Below, piece after piece: positions 59,734-64,000 of a stretch of 64,000 nucleotides of DNA. Numbering within the stretch: position 1 is the first letter of the stretch; the number at the start of each line of letters is the position of its first letter. The stretch spans positions 32,875,051 through 32,939,050 of the forward strand of contig NC_069003.1 of NCBI RefSeq assembly GCF_001194135.2, written 5' to 3'. The notes beneath the pieces were generated by a model. It saw only the letters and a list, made by a program, of their open reading frames with translations, did no database searches and was not told the origin of the DNA. The position numbers and the translations under genes were made by a program. The DNA comes from Octopus bimaculoides (Eukaryota).

Positions 59734-62403
59734 CACACACAAATACACAGATACATAAATACACAGATACATAAATATATATATATATATACATACACAC
59801 ACACATATATACATACACTTACATATATACACATAAATACATACAAACACAAACATATATGCATACATACACATACATATATACACATATATATATACAT
59901 ACATACACATATATACATATAAATACATACACATATATACATATAAATACATACACATATATACATATAAATACANNNNNNNNNNNNNNNNNNNNNNNNN
60001 NNNNNNNNNNNNNNNNNNNNNNNNNNNNNNNNNNNNNNNNNNNNNNNNNNNNNNNNNNNNNNNNNNNNNNNNNNNNNNNNNNNNNNNNNNNNNNNNNNNN
60101 NNNNNNNNNNNNNNNNNNNNNNNNNNNNNNNNNNNNNNNNNNNNNNNNNNNNNNNNNNNNNNNNNNNNNNNNNNNNNNNNNTACACATACATGCATTGAT
60201 ACTCAAGGAATAAAAATAATTTTTGAAAAATTTGACTCTACCTTTCGAATCATGTTTGTAGTTAGCATTAAAACATCAGTCCCTTCGTGGAAACTTTGTG
60301 ATGCTGCTAAATAGCCAATTCGCTGAAAAGAATGAAAGGAAGACAATCAGAATAATATTATCAGTAAAAAGCACCATCCGATCATGGTCAATGCCAGCTC
60401 CTCTGGCCCCTGTGCTGGTGGCATGTAAAAAGCACCCACACAACTCTCGGAGTGGTTGGTGTTAGGAAGGGCATCCAGCTGTAGAAACTCTACCAGAAGC
60501 TCATGTTTGGAAAAGCAGACTTCTTACCATATTCTTACCATATTCTTACCATATTCTTACCATATTCTTACCATACACCCAAAAATGCATTCTGTAGTTA
60601 ATTTATAAATAACAGAATATTTAAAGGAATGTTCATTCTAAAGAGTACAATAAACAATGAGTTAATATCAAAAGCTACACGAGAAAAATAACAAAATCAT
60701 GGTAGGATTTATTCCTTAAAAATGGACATACCTTAAATGTAAACTTTGAAGAACTCATTACTTCTATGATGTTGAATGCAGCCCAGCTAATGTCATAACC
60801 AAGCATTTGAAGCTGAAAAGAAAAAGAAACAAAATTTACCATTATTGCTATCAAGGCGGCGGCAAGCTGACAGAATCAATAGCAAGCCAGGCAAAATGCT
60901 TAGTGGCATTTCCTCCATCTTCATGTTCTGAGTTCAAATTCTACCAGGGTTGACTCTGCCCTTTTTCCTTTCAGGGATAAAATACTGGGGTCGAAATTGC
61001 TGCCCTTGTGTCAGAATTTGAAACCATTATAATTATTATTATTTTCTCTTTATCACAGGTTTTGTTGGAGCTCCTGGAGTTTTGCATGTGTAGCGGGCTT
61101 ACTACCTGCAGCCTGTGGTACCTTTGAACATTGGGCCTGAAGGAGGCATAGTGGCTGAGTTCCTTTCAAGCGTTGGGCCTGACAGAGGCAAAGTGGCAGA
61201 GTCAAACTGTCCAACCCATGCCAGCATGGACAACAGACATTAAATGATGATGATGATGACAACGATGATGATTTATCTATCTTTCTCTATCTAATATACT
61301 TATCCTTTTTTGTAAGATTGTAAGTTGAAGCTTGAGTAAGATTTTACAGCTATTTCTAGTTAGTAAAGCAACCACATAGAGACTCCTGCATCGGCTTGCT
61401 GTGGTTGTGATGACAGACGTGGTGATTCTAATGATAGTGGTAGTGAATGGCAATCGTCATTGTTACAGATAAGTTGAGAGTTTTGATAGTACTGATAATG
61501 AAGCTGGTGGTGGTGGTGGTGGTCCCAGCCTAATAATGTTGGTAGTAGTGCTGCTGGTGCTACGGCTGCTGCTGCTGATGATGATGATAGTGGTCGTAGT
61601 GGTGTTAATTAAACAGCAATCACCCGTTTAGCAATCAGAACTAATTACTCCACTAAAATTATACCTCTTGATCTACAATTTCAAACGGGGGGGTTGATAT
61701 CAAGTTAGTAGTTTCCAATTCGTTAGATGCATAATTAAAATCACCATCTGTGTATTGTATGTAACATCTCATACACCATTGAAAGCAGTGCTCTGGACTG
61801 GACTTTCTTTATCAACCCCCAAAACAACGAAAAACAAAGTCAGCTTCAGGCTGGTCTTGAACTCAGAGCACAGAAAATCAGAACAAATACTTGCAGACCA
61901 TTTGATCTGATGATCTAAAGACTCTTATTTCCCTGCCTACATTGTCCAATGTGTGCTTCATTTTTTTGCCTTTTAAGGTAGTAGGGTGAAATTTGAGGAA
62001 TTTGGCAAATATTTCTAGCAGGTCAAGCAACCACATTGAAGGTCTTTCATTCTCGTTGACTGATAGTGACTGAATAGCAGCACCACCACATTGACTGAAA
62101 AGTGGTAGAATATTTAGGCTGGATATTGCCAATTTGAATGTTAAAAAGGTTAATGTTTAAAAGATTAAAAACCAATTTTAAGTTAGCTCTCTCCTGCAAA
62201 ATAAAAAGAAAATTTAACAAAGTGAAGAAAATTCATGTTTTACAAATAGGTAAAAACAAAACAAAACAAAAAAACTAATAAAGAATTTCTAAGAACCAAA
62301 TGCTTACATATGTTAATTTGTTTACAGCATTGGACTTCACAGCCATGTTATCTTGTCGAAGCTCTTGTTTTATTTCATCCAGGCATTCTGCTATGTATTT
62401 TGC
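26122..62403 (-). CDS. AP3D1: AP-3 complex subunit delta-1 (garnet/mocha orthologue), 33 coding exons, 5'-partial (about 32 N-terminal codons not in the window)
   Basis: Exons in transcript order: 62308-62403, 60732-60812, 60242-60322, 58254-58361, 57356-57485, 56943-57082, 56389-56462, 55528-55577, 53537-53586, 49102-49150, 48175-48320, 47236-47384, 46589-46715, 46072-46175, 44990-45221, 44085-44230, 42853-42951, 41898-41958, 40688-40756, 39583-39661, 35259-35470, 35048-35127, 34732-34885, 33269-33406, 32992-33147, 31885-32058, 30887-30934, 30163-30300, 29329-29466, 28737-28822, 27807-27931, 26947-27029, 26122-26223 (3705 nt, ends TGA). Peptides [144 protein letters not shown] and THEKLDF match delta-adaptin. 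Confidence 0.97.
26389..26611 (+). mobile_element. Mariner-derived MITE (TIR about ta.gaagggrtgctgaaaagttcct); an inverted copy at 44451-44665 and a TIR fragment near 4746-4770
   Basis: Left end tatgaagggatgctgaaaagttc and right end aggaacttttcagcacctcttccta are inverted repeats with TA ends. Confidence 0.78.
31101..31326 (+). mobile_element. piggyBac-like MITE
   Basis: Ends aaatgctaaagggttaa; body matches 56678-56903. Confidence 0.78.
38230..38830 (-). mobile_element. Degenerate CR1/L2-like LINE ORF2 remnant; similar purine-rich remnants at 54990-55330 and 63380-63760
   Basis: Strong strand-asymmetric purine bias and broken frames loosely resembling CR1-group ORF2; no intact motif. Confidence 0.4.
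51095..51315 (+). mobile_element. Tc1/mariner transposase catalytic-domain fragment
   Basis: [16 protein letters not shown]...[40 protein letters not shown] contains the QQDxAPxH motif of the DDE/D domain. Confidence 0.85.
52976..53338 (+). mobile_element. hAT (Charlie-type) MITE with TIRs and an 8-bp TSD; a second copy starts near 63906 and a 3' end lies at 57130-57210
   Basis: Left end caggggcccccaacc, right end ggttggggaccactg; flanks caatatat and ctatatat match at 7 of 8 positions. Confidence 0.82.
53790..54130 (-). mobile_element. CR1/L2-like LINE apurinic-endonuclease remnant
   Basis: The minus strand reads [14 protein letters not shown], a degenerate form of the ILxGDFNxH motif of APE-type LINE endonucleases. 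Confidence 0.6.
55690..56045. repeat. Degenerate minisatellite of about 26 bp (gcacctgtgccagagccatgtagaa[a/t])
   Basis: About a dozen imperfect units. Confidence 0.85.
56678..56903 (+). mobile_element. piggyBac-like MITE with intact ends
   Basis: TTAA-cccctttagca...gctaagggg-TTAA: CCC-starting TIRs and a TTAA target duplication. Confidence 0.85.
57817..58044. repeat. 58-bp tandem repeat, about 4 units, interrupted by a 10-N gap
   Basis: Unit gtgtaattgacttgtcccacttccttgaaattgccagggaagtaacaaactggggtta. Confidence 0.85.
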
Positions 62404-64000
62404 CTGCCAATGTAATAAAAGAATAAAGTTATAGAAATACATTAACAAAGGGAAAAATTATTTTATGATAAAATTGCGAAAACCATCCACCAAATCTCAG
62501 CAATCATTCACCCACGTTGCTCCATTCATTTGCAATTCCAGTCAATAACAGTTTAGGTTCGTTTTTTTTTTTTCTGTTTTTCTTTGTTGATTTTTCCTAT
62601 TTTTTCTTTTTTCCTTTCTTTCTTTCTTTTTGCATGCAGTCTGCCAATATTTTTTATATTCAAACATTTCCTCGTCGTTTTCACTTCTCTTTCCCCCGCA
62701 TGACTCCATTGCACATCCAAAATTATAATTAACACTTCAATCAATGCAAAGTCCTCTAGATTTATTCATGGTTTCAATGATATACAATCTGATTCTCCTA
62801 TGAAAGGAGAAACTATGTTGCTAACAGAGGTAATTATACTATAAACCTCCTACTATCCACCTTTATTTTTAACCACTGTGCCATTACCAGCCTCCCACAA
62901 GAAGCCTGCATGTGTGTATATGTGTGTGTTTGAATATGCTGTTTATCTTTTAATTGTTTCAGTCATTGAACTGCAGCCATTCTGGAGCACCACTTTCAAG
63001 AATTTTAGTCAAATGAACTGACTGCAGAACCTTCTTTTTAAGCCTGGTAATTATTCTATTGATCACTTTTGCCAAACTGCTAGTTGCAGGGATTAAAACA
63101 GACCAACACCAGTTGTCAAGTGGTGGTTAGGAACTAACACAAAGACACACACATTTTCCATCTACCATATCCACTCATAAGGCTTTGGTCAGGCCAGAGT
63201 TATAGCAGAAGACACTTGCTCTGGGTGCATGGCACTTTGGGCAAGGTGCCACGCAGTGGGACTGACCTGGAACTACGTGGTTTGGAAGCAAGCTTCTTAC
63301 CACACAGCTATATATATATATGTATATATACTATAAATACACACACACATATATCATTAGTTTGGAGAGACAGGATGGAGTCTCAATACAAAGAAAAAAG
63401 AGATGAAGTTTATGAACGGAACAGAGGCTGGGAATGAAAACCTGGTAATAAGAGAAAATGGAAAGGCTAAAAACATGAAAGTGGGGGTGACAGGGGTATG
63501 GTGCAAATGTTAGGAAAGCATTTGGAGCAACAAGAAGAAAGGAAGAAGATTATACGGAGAGAACTAAGGATAAAAAGTCAGAAAGGATGGCTAGAAGATG
63601 ATAAGACAAGTAGACTAATGCAGAATGCAAAAACATATGGCAAGGTTATTTAGAAGATAACATTAGGAATTAAGAAGAAATCTGTGGAGAGTGAAAGAGC
63701 GAAGGGTAAAGGAGAGGAAAAGGAAGAAAAGCACCAGGAGGGGGATGTAAGTAGGAAGTATAGATTACGAAAAAGAGGGACGCAACAGAATGTAGGGGAT
63801 AATAAACAAAGTTGTCAGTTGACCATATAGTGGGGGGAAAATATTGAAATAATACTTTTCAAGTTGTGCAAGAAACATATAAATAACTATTTAGATCATT
63901 TAAAGCAGGGGTCCCAGGCATCAACTGCAGGCCTGGGATCGTTTGGTTCTAGGCTGCAGAGAAAGAATTTTAAAATTTTATTTTTATTTTATTGACTATT

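Noticed and set aside
61440-61620. GC-richer trinucleotide stretch that could encode a low-complexity peptide
   Set aside because: A degenerate (GGT/GCT/GAT)n microsatellite in an intron, with no supporting splice sites or frame.
62404-64000. AP3D1 first coding exon and promoter
   Set aside because: I found no MFDKNL..LVRGIR-like frame on the minus strand; the segment is SINE, LINE and MITE sequence, so the 5' end is presumably outside the window.

Overview
Eukaryotic, AT-rich, repeat-dense genomic DNA with 11 N-gaps. The SINE/MITE families, the microsatellite load and the protein sequences point to an octopod cephalopod, most likely Octopus (inference). I reconstructed two spliced genes by hand, exon by exon; they lie tail-to-tail. 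(1) A complete 11-coding-exon AADAT / kynurenine aminotransferase II on the + strand, 11146-20066, 426 aa, with the PLP-lysine motif SFSK intact. (2) A 33-exon, 5'-truncated AP3D1 (AP-3 delta; Drosophila garnet, mouse mocha) on the - strand, 62403 down to 26122, giving 1234 aa; the first coding exon was not found and presumably lies beyond the right edge. All introns in both models are GT-AG and the phases join without a frameshift. The rest is tRNA-derived SINEs, RTE and CR1-like LINE remnants, a decayed Gypsy LTR/gag, Tc1/mariner fragments, hAT, piggyBac-like and mariner MITEs, minisatellites and microsatellites. Most ORFs in the supplied track are microsatellite or gap artefacts. I found no clearly novel multi-gene system. 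The best leads are hypotheses: the adjacency of two genes tied to ommochrome pigment-granule biology, a frame-preserving TE-derived cassette exon candidate in AP3D1, an open RTE reverse-transcriptase fragment with an embedded PHD-like finger, inverted repeats in the convergent 3' region, and a possibly TE-derived AADAT 5' end.
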